From NCBI RefSeq assembly GCF_008831285.2, contig NC_045138.2, forward strand, positions 33,480,001-33,544,000: a DNA stretch of 64,000 bases, written 5' to 3'. The translations under genes and the position numbers were made by a program. The notes under the pieces were generated by a model that saw nothing but the letters and a program-made list of their open reading frames with translations, did no database searches and was not told the origin of the DNA. The DNA comes from Nymphaea colorata. Its lineage: Eukaryota. The stretch's first letter is position 1, and each line of letters begins with the position of its first letter. Below, piece by piece: positions 49,761 to 63,915 of this stretch.

Positions 49761-50050
49761 GGCCAAGATATCCATTGACCAGTAGAAGACACCTCCTCTC
49801 TTCCTATTCAAACATTATCGAGAACGTCGTAGCCCGGACTGTCATTTTAAAATTTAAACACAACAATAGATACTTGGACGACCTCGTTTACACTTTTTGG
49901 CGAACGGTTGTTATTATTATTATTACGTGTTTTCATTATAATACTAAAGAGGCCAAAAGTTTTTACTTTGAGAAAATCTAAATATCTGCTTCTGACGATA
50001 AGCTCATGTATTTTCTGTTTGAATGCCATTAATCGTATAATATATATATG

Positions 50051-50082
<32 letters not shown>

Positions 50083-52499
50083 GACACACGCCTTCAGTTT
50101 AATGTTTTGATCGAAATTACAATCTAAACATGAAATTTTAAGCACATTGTAACGAAGTAAATTCTTTGATGAATTAACCAATTACACTGACCAATATCTA
50201 AGGTCAGACCTGTTGGGTTGAACGATGAAGAAAGATCAAGTTGACAGTCGGATGTTTCCGACAGATATTTGTAAAGCACACTTACAATACTCTGCTCTAC
50301 TTTCTTCAATAGTAGTGACACGCATCCAAGGTGTACAAGGAAATGTGAAGCACAAACACTTAAAAATTATCATTGTGTCGTATTTAAAGAACAAAGAGGA
50401 AACAGAAACAGGCCAAACGTGATGCAAAGTGCACATGCGCGTTCATGCCATATGGCAAAAAATGAATGAGAAAGCATGTAAAAGAAAGTTTAAAAGTTGA
50501 AACAAGCATGCGACCGCTCACTCAGTAAGTGCGCCTTCTCAAGATCTCAGCGGGTTCTTCTTCCATATTAATTTTCACCAAGAATCTGCCATTTCCTGCT
50601 ATAGAAAACTGTGGATTTTTGTAACCCTGCCCATTGTTGTTTCAACGAAAAAGGGCATAGGCCTAGTCCGTCCCTGGTCTGCTCCTTCCCCCAACAAGTC
50701 CCGCCACTGCCGAGAACCTGAGGGGTTCATTCAAACGCTTCGTTGCCTCATGGGAGAAACGAATCACTGGAACCTTGCCATCGAAGGCGACCTGAGCATC
50801 TTCGACATCCATCAGCTTCGGCTTCTCTTGCTTGCTCATAATCGATACTCAGGAACGACGAGAAGACTCTCCTTCCTCCATCGTGACTTCTATTGGGGGG
50901 CCGCAGCTGACTCCTTGCCGCTGTCTTCCGCCCCGGGAAAGAGGATCGACCATCGGGGACCGGCAGCCATAGCCGGACTCGTTCCCACTGCTCGTGGCCA
51001 GGCGAACCCTAAGCCCTCTCGCACTACGCTCACCGAACTACGATTTGGTTGCTTGCTAATCATAATTAATTTCACATTACTTGTTGCTTTTTGGTAGGTA
51101 ATCTAACGGATCGGACACCATAATTCTATTTATAGATGTTCACGCATTCGAATTCGAACTCGAATATGGATGAAGAAATTTCTATACCATATAGAAATCC
51201 AACTTTTTAAACTTGTTGAAAAATTTAACCCAGAGCTAGTTTTATGCCCGAGCAATCTATCCCCGATTGACTATGCCCGTTGCGGATGCATGAAAACACA
51301 AGGAAACTCGCATTGTGATTCTACTTCTACAGTTTGAGAGGGGCAAGACAAATGAGATGACCAACAGGAATCAACAAATAAAGGAGAAGTAATGAGAATG
51401 ACAGAGATCAGATCGGAGGTCTAACCTGCTCAACCATGCTGCCCAGAAGGAGATGCCTTTTCCAACCCGAACTATGCTTCTTGGCGTCCAACTCCTCAAC
51501 CCCAAAAGCCATGATGCCTCCTCCTCGACTCTCTCTCCTCTCTCTTTTGGCGTTCGACGAAGAAGGATGGGAGGGTTCCCCAACGTCTATTTTTCTTCTA
51601 CCGTTTTTTTAAATTCTGGAACCTAATAAAAAGGAAGGCGAGAAGGGTTGCTATTTTTAAATAGGAACCGCAACTTCCATGTTACTTTTTAAATTTGACT
51701 TTTTTGAGACTTTTCAGTTTTCTCAATAAAATCCTATTATTTCACTTTCTATGGACGCCCATGATGGCTTCTGCTTGCCTTCTTCTTCTTCACGTCGACA
51801 GTTAGATATGAATAAATCCCTCTTTTTCCTGAAACCAGATGGGGCCTACAGGTGCCCGGCAAGTGAGTTTGCAAGGATACTCGGATCATATGCAATCGGC
51901 TGAATTGGAACCTGCAAATTTATTATGTCTTAATATTAACTATTTATCACGTTTTTATCTGCTTGCTTAGGAAAACAAAACTATATCAGATGCAATCTAT
52001 TTTTGTAAGACTTGGTCTGTCATACATCTTTAATAGAAAGCATTGAAAGCATTAGCCCATGCATTTCATATTTAAACATCTAAAAATTACTTTGTCTATC
52101 CAAATGTACAAACCCAAAATATATACTTTTAGATTTATACAAGGTGCTCACCAATTTTGATTTACATTAAAACCAACGGGTTTAAATTGATTGAGAATTT
52201 GAGGGGCCATAAAATCCAATCGACACATTATTGAGTTTCCCATCCTTTTTCAAACTCAAGTTTGACCGCCCGAACTCATCAAGTCAAATCAGAAAACAGA
52301 GGGTGGGATCTGGTCAAACAATCATAAAACTCGTAGAACGTCGGTTGGCCGAAATACACACACATCCGATATTGTTGATAGTTGAGGTCATTGCCATTGT
52401 TTAGCTGAAGCTTAGGTACCTAATCTTCTCAAAGACAAGAATGTAAGCAGTCGAGCTGTTCTATATTAGCTGAGATAAATTGAGTGAACATAAATCTAA

Positions 52500-54215
52500 T
52501 CATCTTCTCTGAAAATTAAGCTTAGATATACAATAAGCAAACAAAGAAGCGAAGGCAACACGGTATGCGATGAGAAAACGCCACAACGCCCAACTGATCA
52601 TGCGGAAAGCCAAATAAATCTTTCAGGACCAAACTAACTGCCTTCTTTTCTCCAAATACGTCAATCACCTTGTCTATGTCACCATACTGTGATGTAAAAA
52701 GTCCACGGATAGTCCAATTTGAAGGGGTCATCCAGTATAGCCATATCCACCACTTTGGAATTGCTGTATCAGAAAAGAGTTGACCTCATTAGTGAATATT
52801 AGCACAATCCCATAACTATTTTCTTTCTTAAGGTCACATCCGAGGTTAATTAGTTACTTGTGTAATTAGTCAGATAAACATTAGTCATGATGGAACATAT
52901 CCTGCACCAGTATAAGCAAGCTTCAGGCTTTTGAGGCTATTCTCAGTATGCGATTGTTTGCCTGATGTGATGAGGTTTCAGATGATCTTCTACAAGCATC
53001 AAGGAGCAGCCTTTTTACCCTACCACATCTTAATTGCTTCACCCATCATGCATGGGTTAGAAATGTCTTTTAGCTCATTCCTTGGATCAAGAGTGATCTG
53101 CCACCTAAAATAGTTAGTGAAAGCATGTCCTTTGATTATCACTAGGTTGGGTACTCTGAGTAGATGTTGGATGCATTGAATACGATGCAACTCTGAATGA
53201 CTACTTCCTAGAGTACATGAATTTGCTGGTGCCCAAGATAGAACGAGCAATAGTTGTTATAGATCAAGCTCTACTGGAGCATTTCCAGACCCTTTTCAGA
53301 AAGCAAACTAATTAATGTTGAGCAAGAATCCAGAAGTATTCTATAACGACATCCAGAAAAGCAAAAGCACAAATCTATTCTTACTTTTCCAGATATCAGG
53401 AAGCCAGAAAAGAGAGTCAGTAATGTGTTGAAAACAGATTGCAGGATAGCAGCAATTTGAGCGTTTGGAGTTAATGAGACCACCAGCATCCCAAGATGAG
53501 CATAGAAAATAGCAAAAAGATGTACCATAAGATCTTATAAGCAGACCAGTAATAACCAACTGAAGGGTATGTGATAATCCAAAATGTAACAGCTTGGATC
53601 AATGCACAAGGAATTTCGATGGCGACCTGCATTCATACAGATGAAATAGAAATTCAGTTGAAATAATTTTTTTTCTTGGTATTTTCCTGCATCTATTTCC
53701 ACCACTATGGATAAAACGTTAGATGTTATCTGATGTCCAACTTGAACCCAACTTCGAATTTTCATACTCAAGAAATTCATTATATGGAAAAAGTGATCAA
53801 TCGCTACCATTTGTACAACCATTTTATCAAATCAGTGGATCTTCAAAATCAATTATATCAAGCAATTGGATCTGATAAAATTATGTACATTGAATCCTTT
53901 CGAGCAATTGGATTTGATAAAATTATGTACATTGAATCCTTTATCTATGACTGACAGCCTGTTCCTGACTAGTTGGATGAGGCAATAGCTACATCTACTG
54001 TATTTACATCTGTACCCCAACCCACCACCAGGAATACAAGTGATTCTTAAACTGAAAAACATATGATTCTTGGAAGAGGTGACATATATGGGCATAACAA
54101 TAAGATTTTAAACTAGAGTAGTAATTTTTTCCAACCTGTGCCAGTGAATAGGCACGTGCAGAGTACATTCCGGCAAATCTTTCCCGATACATGACTATCC
54201 TCAGTTGCTACCGGA
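52500..54215 (-). pseudogene. Full-size ABCG (PDR-type) transporter pseudogene, last three exons (TMD2)
   Basis: ~54215-54136: VATE/frameshift/IVMYRERFAGMYSARAYSLAQ. 53626-53385: [11 protein letters not shown]...[12 protein letters not shown]/frameshift/[18 protein letters not shown]...LFSGFLI (242 nt). 52763-52500: IPKWWIWLYWMTPSNWTIRGLFTSQYGD.../frameshift/KLNFQRR* (typical PDR C-terminus). Confidence 0.96.
53861..53942. repeat. 42-bp tandem duplication in PDR intron
   Basis: AGCAATTGGAT(C/T)TGATAAAATTATGTACATTGAATCCTTT x2. Confidence 0.92.
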
Positions 54216-54217
54216 AT

Positions 54218-54712
54218 GAATAGCTATGCACAACAGCAGAATATTTATTCTTCAAACATTGAATCTCACGTCTATAAAGTATGAAATACTAACTATTATT
54301 AAGTTATCATGTTAACTATTAACCACTTCTATAGAAACAAAACATGGCACTAAAAAATCTGTCTTCAGCCGAAGAGATATGTACAAAACATGGATTCCAC
54401 AGACATTAAAAAAATATAAAAAATATACATAACGCATTAACTATTACAAGGCACAGAAAATCTAAAAATAAAAACGGAAGAGTTTCTAACCGACAGAATG
54501 CATAGCTCAGTTTCTAACGGACAGGGTTTCTGATGGGACAGAAACAAAACAACCAACAAAAAGCCAAGGCACAATAAATTAAAAAATCCAACACAAATAG
54601 GCTGAAAACTCCAATGTAATAGACTGAAAAATATAATCCCAATAGACGTAACATCATAAATCTTTCATCTTAAAAAAAATGATAATTCATAAATCATAAA
54701 AGCAAAACAAAA
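54218..54712. repeat. Single copy of the ~540-bp tandem unit, truncating the PDR exon
   Basis: GAATAGCTATGCACAACAGCAGAATATTTATTC...ATCATAAAAGCAAAACAAA matches the array units. Confidence 0.92.
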
Positions 54713-55257
54713 ATAACTTTGCATGTAACACCTTGTGAGCAATCAATCAAAACAATTAGAAGCATTAAATCAATTTACTTAATTCTCATTTTGCTCGTAT
54801 GTGTGTCTGTCTGTACGTGCTTGTGTTTTTGTGTTAAGTGTGAAATATGTTTAACCCAAAGCCACAAAGCAAATACCATTCTCGCTTATAAGAAAAGAAA
54901 AGTGTCTCCATTTTTGTCACTATTAAACCAAGGGTGTTCCTGAAAGGGCAGAAAGAATGTCTCAGAAGACGTTCTCTATTTCCATTTAGGGTGTTTAGTC
55001 CAAAGAGCAAGTCTGTAGTCCAAGAGATAGTGGAGCGGCAAGGAGATGACGCACACTATCCCAGTTGGGAAAACACTCAACAAGTGCACCAATGCCTTCC
55101 AGAGTTAACACCTTGAGGACACGTTAAGGTTTGAGGGAAGGGTGACTGATAGTACCCCTGATATGAAGTCTTGAAATGTAAATGACGATAATATAGTATG
55201 ACTAAGAGTAGGGGACCTGGATCCACTTACTATGAGGCCCCACTTGTATCACCCTTC

Positions 55258-55295
<38 letters not shown>

Positions 55296-55749
55296 TAGGG
55301 TGATCCGACTTTTATGAAAAAGGTAACGAAAGTAATCCCCCTGTTGGTGTTGGGGTTTGTCCTAATTTGGTGGGTAATCACTCTTTCTTCTTCATTTCCC
55401 CTTTCTATTCTCGAACGCAGCTGGGCAGAGTCGAGATAGTAGAAGGAAAGCGAGAGAAGCTACCAACGTGCTTTGAACCCAAAATTATGTATGCATGAAA
55501 TATACTGGAGAGGAAGTGCGCATGCACGAGAATTCAACCATGGGCACAAAATTGATTCATATGCAAAGCAAAGCACTAACTTGTTATTAGAAAGAGAAAT
55601 TTATGTTTTCTGCGCAATGATTTGAAAAAGTTAGAAAGTCTATATAACACTGCAAAAGCAGATAAAATAAACCGCAAAATGGAGAAAAAATCTGCATTAC
55701 ACACTGCATATACGCCTAAGCTATTAGATGATCCAACTTTGGAACCTAT

Positions 55750-56668
55750 AGAATAGAAGTCTGATTTTAAATGGTCTAGGACGTTGGATTTTAAACTTAT
55801 ATATATGATATGGATTAGAGGTCTCATCCAATCCCCTTTGGCATGTTGGATTTGGGATTTCGACCAATGGTCAAGATCAGAGGTCTCACCTGATCTGGTT
55901 TGGGATGTTGGATTCAAGATTTTGAATATATATATGATACGGATTAGAGGTCTCATCCAATCCGGTTTGGGATGTTGGATTTGGGATTTCGAAAAAATGG
56001 TCAAGATCATAGGTCTCACCTGATCTGGTCTGGGATATTGGACTCAAGATTTTGAACAACCAGCTAGAACACAGATCTCACCTTATGCGGTCTAGGATGT
56101 CGAATGTATATTTTGAATGTGGATGTGAATTTTAAAATATTAACCCAAGTCTAGACCATGTTTAAAATCGCTTTGAGTATACATACAATCCAATGGAATT
56201 TAGAAACCTAAAAGTTGAAAGGTGCATTTACAAACTTGAGAATTTAGCAATGATTTAAGAGAAGTGTGAAATCAAATCCAAATGCTGGATTGGATTTTGA
56301 ACTTTAAAACTCGAACCTCTACTTTACACCACGCTAAAAATCATTTTAAAAATTCATTCAATCCACTATAACCAACAAACATCAAAATGGAAAAGTGCAT
56401 TGAAAAACTTTGAGAATTTGACAAGCATTTAGGAAATATTTTAAATCAAATACAAGGAATTGAGAAGATTCGAAGATCTATATAGACAAAGTAATATTCT
56501 TCAAGTGATTTCAAAAACTCCTAAGGGATGTGAAAAGAATTTACAGGAAATCAAAAAGCCACCCATCTGTTTCATGTGATCAAATATATGAGACGGGATA
56601 TGAAATTTTGATATAAGAGATAGATAAAGGTCCGATCTAGTCCGGCTTGCCAAATGGAATTTGGGATT
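55750..56668. repeat. Second locus of the 130-bp satellite (about 2 units) plus associated spacer
   Basis: Same unit and orientation as 1-2260; runs into the gap at CAAATGGAATTTGGGATT, which is part of the satellite spacer. Confidence 0.95.
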
Positions 56669-56768
56669 NNNNNNNNNNNNNNNNNNNNNNNNNNNNNNNN
56701 NNNNNNNNNNNNNNNNNNNNNNNNNNNNNNNNNNNNNNNNNNNNNNNNNNNNNNNNNNNNNNNNNNNN
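56669..56768. other. Assembly gap (100 N)
   Basis: Run of exactly 100 N, typical of a placeholder of unknown size. Confidence 1.
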
Positions 56769-56769
56769 A

Positions 56770-58060
56770 ACATACAGCCATAGCCATTTTCATTTGAAGC
56801 GCACACCTCCATGAATGAGGCGTGCACCTCAGGTGCCGGCTTACCCCTCTCTGTCTCTTCCTCTTGGTTTTGTGATTAATGCTTCTATATTGTCATATTT
56901 CATAATTTTTTTGTTTACTTTTTGGTGCAACAATGACAAATAGGAAGGGGATTGCTAACATATCCAACTAGGTTTATGCTTATACAGGTCTGTTTCATAC
57001 TCAGAGTTCCTAATATTCGATATTTTGTCACCCTAATTTGTTTCATTGATCAAAAGTTGCAGTCCACATCATTTCCGATTTCAATTATCGAATTTCCTTT
57101 AACAGTGAAATTACATTATTTGAGTCGATCAGTTACCTCTACCTAAGATATGCAATGCAAAGTGCTTGGAGGAAATCGTGTCAAACATGGGATTGTCTGA
57201 GGGTGCTTCGCACAGAAATGAAGGACGTTTTGAGGAATCAGCCTCAGTTTGTTGCGAGGTTCCTCAGATATCCTTCACAACAAAAGTGTGCATGAGCAAT
57301 CCAACGACAAACATCATTCACCTTTAGTAGCTATCTCATTGTCATCCTTTATATTGCTGTACGGAAGCCTCTTCGTGTTTGCATGAAAAAATACAACAAA
57401 ATTAATTCCCCTCTACAACAGGAAGTCCCTATAGCTGATAAATTATGGATCTCAAAACTAAACATATACAGACCATGAACCATAGAGATCTTCACACAGA
57501 TCAACAAGATTATGCCAATAATTGAAGTTTTGAAACCCTTAACCACAGAGATTTTCACAAAATAGTGTTAACTGACAGTGAGGTGCTATACAGGAAAAGA
57601 TAACTGTAGTGAGGAAACCGAACAAAAAAAAATAAGACCAAAACACTGGAAAAATAAGACCGAAACACTGGCGACAAAAGCAAGTGGCCCGATCTCATTC
57701 AATTGTTGATTTTCCTAAACCTGATCCTTAAAAGCCAGAACAAGTCAAGGTTGGAACCCTAGGCACATCCCCACAACAATCATGCACACTACAAGAAGAC
57801 CAAGTACGACTAAAATCGAAACCCTTGTGGTTGCTTCTAAGGATCCGTTGAAATCAAACCCTCTCCTCCGTTTGATGTTAAATTAGAACTTTCCTATTTC
57901 AATTAGGTCCATAATTTGACAAAGGCATGAAGCTTAATGAGCAAGCCACACAAGATCAACGAGAGACAACACAGAATTAGCGAAGACCGAAGCCTTTAAA
58001 AAAAAGCTTAACGATCGCGCCAATGTGCACAAATGAAAGATCGGAACCGTAAAGAGTTCT
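56770..58060. repeat. Copy of 12070-13412
   Basis: Collinear match ending at CGTAAAGAGTTC in both. Confidence 0.93.
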
Positions 58061-59369
58061 AGCTTTTCAAGGGAGACGCACAAGCTTACAAAATGCACAC
58101 CACGTGAATCGCATTTGAAAGACCTCACCAGGCCCTTCCCATGGATGAAAGATTAGATACAAATGCTAAAAGAGAACGAGAGCGAGACGACATACACAAA
58201 CCTACAGGCTACAGAACTGGAACTGCAATGTGTCATGGGATCGTCGTACCTTGGGAATTCAACCAAAGAGAAAGGGATCGTCGATGTTCTTCTTTCTTCC
58301 ATCATAGCATCTTGGAACCTCGATCTTCATCTACCTCGGTGTCTATCCCCAAATCTTCCCACATCTTCGTCGTTTGAACAATCGGAAGTACATATATGGA
58401 ATTGACAGGTCTGATAAAGAATTGATAAATTTTAATTCAAGGAAACCAACTGCCGTTAACAAAAGACCAATTGTCACATACACACTGCCATATACACCAT
58501 ATTGCACCGTTTATGTTACTGACTTGCACTTTCATTTTGAAACCATATTTCCATTCCAAACATCGGCATCCATTCAATTTAATTTGAAATAATGATCCAA
58601 GTTCTTGTTATAAAACAAATAGACAGATGCGACGTGGTTCTGAAGCCAATTTCTGTCAATCTTGATAAATGCCAGGAAGGAGACGGCGAAAATGAAGAAA
58701 CACATATTCAGAACCAGAAACGATTCATGAATGAAATAACAAAAAACCCAACCATTACACCAAACTCCATGAATCGAATGTAAAAGTTGCCGTTAATTGA
58801 GATAGAAAGGAGATTAGAAAGAAACATAAAATAGGCAAGTTTGAGCCACATTACCTCAATCTTGTGAATCTGATTCTGCTTGGCATTTAGTAAAGCAAAT
58901 CTTTGTTGGAAAAAAAATAGTTTCATTCCTTGGATGAGATAGCGATCTAGATTTGAGAAAGAGAGGGAGTTGTGACGATTGATCGTGAGAGAGGGCAAGC
59001 AATGGAGTGTAAGGGGGGGAGAGAGAGAGAGGCAGAGGCAAGAGAGAGACAGCAGATGATTTAGGGTTCGAAGAGAAACGAAAGAAAGATGCCGCAAGGA
59101 TTTATGGTGAACACAGGTGTTTTCAGAAGTGTAAGAACTAATAGCTGGATTTAGGATGGGCCCGTTCTAGATCTAATGTCTATTGTAGTGAACCTTCCGC
59201 CTGAGCATGGAGAAGCTCACTTCCTTGTGATTTTTGCGGACTAGCATATTTTTTTCTGTTGGGCAATTAGTCACTGTTTTTTGTGATCTCTGTTACTCTT
59301 TCTGCAAAACTTGAGTAATCAAAACATTGCAAAGTTAAGTAGACCTCATCTCAAATGCAAAACCAACAC

Positions 59370-59632
59370 CACCACCTAATCTAAACTAATTGATAATATA
59401 AAAACAAATCTCGAAAAAGAAGATAATGAAAGAGAAGGGAAATTAGTTGCCCAGATTCAAGAAGAAATTAAGAGATAGCCAGATAGGAGTAAGACGCTGC
59501 ACCACCTAATCTAAACTAATTGATAATATAAAAACAAATCTCGAAAAAGAAGATAATGAAAGAGAAGGGAAATTAGTTGCCCAGATTCAAGAAGAAATTA
59601 AGAGATAGCCAGATAGGAGTAAGACGCTGCAC
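59370..59632. repeat. Recent 130-bp tandem duplication
   Basis: CACCACCTAATCTAAACTAATTG...GGAGTAAGACGCTG x2, identical by eye; single copy in the paralogue at ~9837-9970. Confidence 0.95.
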
Positions 59633-59921
59633 TTTGGTCCATAATGAATATAGAGGGTTGCATCTTAAGTCCACCCAGAGTTGAGACTCATGCCAACTTG
59701 AGGAACAAGAGATTTTACATTTATGGTTCTCACATCAACAATTTGCCAGAAATATGAATGTAAACTAAAGCGACCCTGAAATCTGAACTTTAGAAGGGAA
59801 ATCTGATTTTAAAGACTAGATTTTACACCAGTATTGTTTCTGTTTGGATAGAGGATGTAATGTTACACGATCTTACAACTCCCGTTTATTATTTGACTTT
59901 TCCCTTAATTTCAATTGAACG

Positions 59922-62900
59922 TCAGTGCAATTACTTCAGAAAATCATTAGACAGATGATAAAATCATAAAAGTAACACAAAGACAACTGAAAATAAGGCC
60001 TTAGCTGAATAGCTATGCACAACAGCATCTATGTCACACGGACACGGCAAAATAGCCCACGTATCCGTGTCGACAGGCGGACACGGCAAAAAATAAAAGT
60101 CATTAATTTAATGTTTTTTTTTCATTTTATCAATTTTTTATGATGCATCCAATTATTTCCATGAACAATCATTTCAGATATTCAGTACTTTTGTGATAAA
60201 ACACATTTTCTAACAAGATTGTAAGAGTGAACTATTAATTTAATGTTTTTTTTTAATCTTATCATTTTTTATAATATTTAATGTAGCCGTGTCCGCGTAT
60301 CCAAAAGATTTGAAAATTGCCGTATCCGCACCCGTATCACATCCGCACCCGTGTGACATAGAACAACATAATATTTATTCACCAAACATTAATCTCACAT
60401 CTATAAAGTATGAAATACTAACTATTATTAACTTATAGTGTAAAGCTTATTAACCCCTTTTATGGAAACAAAACATCAAACTAAAAAATCAGTCCTCAGC
60501 CGAAGAACCACGCACAAAACATGGATTCCAGAGAAACTTAAAAAAAAAATCAGAAATACACATAACGCATTAACTATTCCATGGCATAGAAAATCCAAAA
60601 ACAAAAACTAAAGAGTTTCTAATGGCCAGAATGCATAGCTCTGTTTCTAACGGACAGAGTTTCTGACGGGACAGAACACATAGCTAAAAAAAAAAAAAAA
60701 ACCAACAAAAAGCCAAGGCACAAGAAACTAAAAAATCCAATGCAAATAGACTAAACATCATAAACCTTTCATCTTAAAAAAATCATAATTCATAAATGAT
60801 AAAATCATAAAAGTAAAACAAAGACAACTGAAAATAAGGCCTTAGCTGAATAGCTATGCACAACAGCATAATATTTATTCACCAAACATTGAATCTCACG
60901 TCTATAAATTATGAAATACTAACTATTATTAAGTTATAATGTAATACTATACAAACCCCTTCTATGGAAACAAAAAATCAAGCTAAAACATCAGTCGTCA
61001 GCCGAAGAACTATGTACAAAACATGGATTCCACAGCAATTAAAAAAAAAAATCAGAAGTACATGTAACGCAATAACTATTACACGGCACAGAAAATCTTA
61101 AAACAAAAACCAAAGAGTTTCTAACGGATAGAATGCATGGCTTAGTCTCTACCAAATAGAGCTTCTGACAGGACAGAATGCATAGCCAAAAAAAACAAAA
61201 CAACCAACAAAAAGCCATGGCACAAAAAATTTAAAAATCCAACATAAAAAGACTGAAAAATCCAATGCAAATAGATTGAATAATCCAGTGCAAATAGACG
61301 TAAATAAAAAATCTTTCATCTAAAAAAAATTATAATTCATAAATGATAAAATCATAAAAGCAAAACAAAGACAACTGAAAATAACGTCTTAGGTGAATAG
61401 ATATGCACAACAGCATAATATTTATTCACCAAACATTGAGTCTCACATCTACAAAGTATGAAATACTAACTATTATTAAGTTATAGTGTCATACTATATT
61501 AACCCCTTCCATAGAAACGAAACATCGAACTAAAAGATCAGTCTTCAGCCGAGAGCTATGCACAAAACATGGATTCCACAGAAATAAAAAAAAAAATCAG
61601 AAATACACATATAATTAAAAAAAGTTATAAAATTTGAAAAACAAACTATTATTAAGTTATAGTGTAATACTAATTAACCCCTTCTATGGAAACAAAACAT
61701 CAAAGAAAAAAATCAGTCTTCAGCCAAAGAGCTATGCACAAAACATGGATTCCACAGAAATTAAAAAAAAAAAAATCAGAAATACACGTAAGGTATTAAA
61801 TATTCCATGGTACAGAAAATCCAAAAACAAAAACCAAAGAGTTTCTAACGGACAGAATGCATAACTCAGTTTCTAACGGACAGAGTTTCTGATGGGAGAG
61901 AATGCATAGCTAAAGAAAAAACAAAACAACCAACAAAAAGGCTAGGCACAATAAACTAAAAAACCCAACATAAATAGACTGAAAAATCCAATGCAAAGAG
62001 ACAGAAAAATACAAAGCAAATAGACTGAAAAATCGAATGCAAATAGACTTAACATCATAAATCTTTCATCTTAAAAAAGTCATATTTCATAAATGACAAA
62101 ATCATAAAAGTAAAACAAAGACAACTGAAAATAAGGCCTTAGCTGAATAGCTCTGCACAACAGCATAATATTTATTCACCAAACATTGAGTCTCACGTCT
62201 ATAAAGTATGAAATAATAACTATTATTAAGTTATAGTGTCATACTTTATTAAACCCCTTCTATAGAAACAAAACATCGAACTAAAAGATATGAACAAAAC
62301 ATGGATTCCAGAGAAATTAAACAAAAAAAAAAAATCAGACATACACATAACGCCTAAACTATTTCACAGCACAGAAAATCCAAAAACATAACCCAAAGAG
62401 TTTCTAACGGACAGAATGCATAGGTCAGTTTCTAACAGAGAGAGCTTCTGACGGGACAGAAAACATAGCTAAAAAAAAAAACAACCAACAAAAATCCAAG
62501 GCGCAATAAATATAAAAATCCAACACCAATGCAAATAGACTGAAAAATATAATCCAAATAGACGTAACATCATAAATCTTTCATCTTAAAAAAAATGATA
62601 ATTCATAAATGATAAAATCTTAAAAAGCAAAACAAAGACAACTGAAAATAAGGCGTTAGCTGAATAGTTATGCACAACAGCATACAATTTATTCGCCAAA
62701 CATTGAATCTCACGTCCATAAAGTATGAAATACTAACTATTATCAAGTTATCGAGTTATACTATATTAACCCCTTCTAAACAAACGAAACATCGAACTAA
62801 AAAATCAGTCTTCAGCCGAAGAGCTATGTACAAAACATGGATTCCACAAAAATAAAAAGAAAAAAATCAGAAATACACGTAACGCATTAACTATTCCATG

Positions 62901-63235
62901 GTACATAAAATCCAAAAACAAAAACGAAAGAGTTTCTAACTGGCAGAATGCATAGCTCCGTTTCTAACGGACAGGGTTTCCAACGGGACAGAATGCATAG
63001 CTAAAAAAAAAACCAAAACAACAAAACAAAATGCCAAGACACAATAAATTAAAAAATCCAACACAAATAGGCAGAAAAATCCAATGCAAATAGACTGATC
63101 CAAATAGACGTAACATCATAAATCTTTCATCTTAAAAAAAAATGATAATTCATAAATGATAAAATCATAAAAGAAAAACAAAGACAACTGAAAGTAAGGC
63201 CTTAGCTGAATAGCTATGCACAACAGCATAAACAA
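59922..63235. repeat. Tandem array of ~540-bp units (~6 copies) inside an LTR element
   Basis: Marker at ~59992, 60832, 61379, 62129, 62646 and 63191. Confidence 0.95.
60029..60361. mobile_element. Non-autonomous hAT-type DNA transposon (MITE), 333 bp
   Basis: Perfect 13-bp TIR CTATGTCACACGG / CCGTGTGACATAG; 8-bp TSD AACAGCAT / AACAACAT (one mismatch); empty site TGCACAACAGCATAATATTT in sister units; subterminal CCGT(A/G)TC motifs. Confidence 0.93.
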
Positions 63236-63239
63236 CCCA

Positions 63240-63915
63240 GGCTCTAATACCATGAAAAGAAGACTGATAACAGTCACATACACAAACCCACAACAATCTC
63301 ACAATGATGGGCACTAACGCCAAATCACAAAGGAAATGGAGAATGAGAATAATGTAATTGAAATCCGAAGAAGCTGTAAAAACAAAATATTTACAAAAAG
63401 ATATCATGGTCTATATATACATCCAAAAATAATAAAAAACAACGAAGTATGAGAAGAACCACCCACTGGACTAGCTCCAACTCAGCTGAAAATATAATAA
63501 TACAGAAAAATAAAGAATCTAAAAGAGTTACATATATTCACGTATACAAGCATGCATATTAAATGTACACCCATCCACCCACCCACACACACATATGTAT
63601 ATATGAGGCTCTCATATGTATTAAACACAAAAAAGATCATGCATAATATATATAAGAAAAACCGTCAATCCTAGTGATTGTTCAACTGTTTGGGCAAAAG
63701 AACAATACCTCCTAATAAAAAATTTTCCATATTGATCGTGAAAGAAGTCCATGAACCATCCAGGCCACTAGTTGCCAACACATGACCTGCTGTCCATGCC
63801 AAAGTAGCCTGGTCAATGCACGAAGTTCAATCGCCCGTTAACTACTGTAAGGATTTGAAAGACCCATTTCTAGCTACAGACAACAAGAAATAAGTGAGTT
63901 GCACACATCATGACT
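63240..63915 (-). mobile_element. LTR (~663 bp) plus PBS, LTR family A
   Basis: GGCTCTAATACCA at 63240-63252 followed by TG...; matches 17687-18356 along its length. Confidence 0.87.

Noticed and set aside
50040..50078. (TA)n, (CT)n and (TG)n microsatellites (also ~8077-8093, ~18500-18533, ~55258-55295)
   Set aside because: Ordinary simple repeats.
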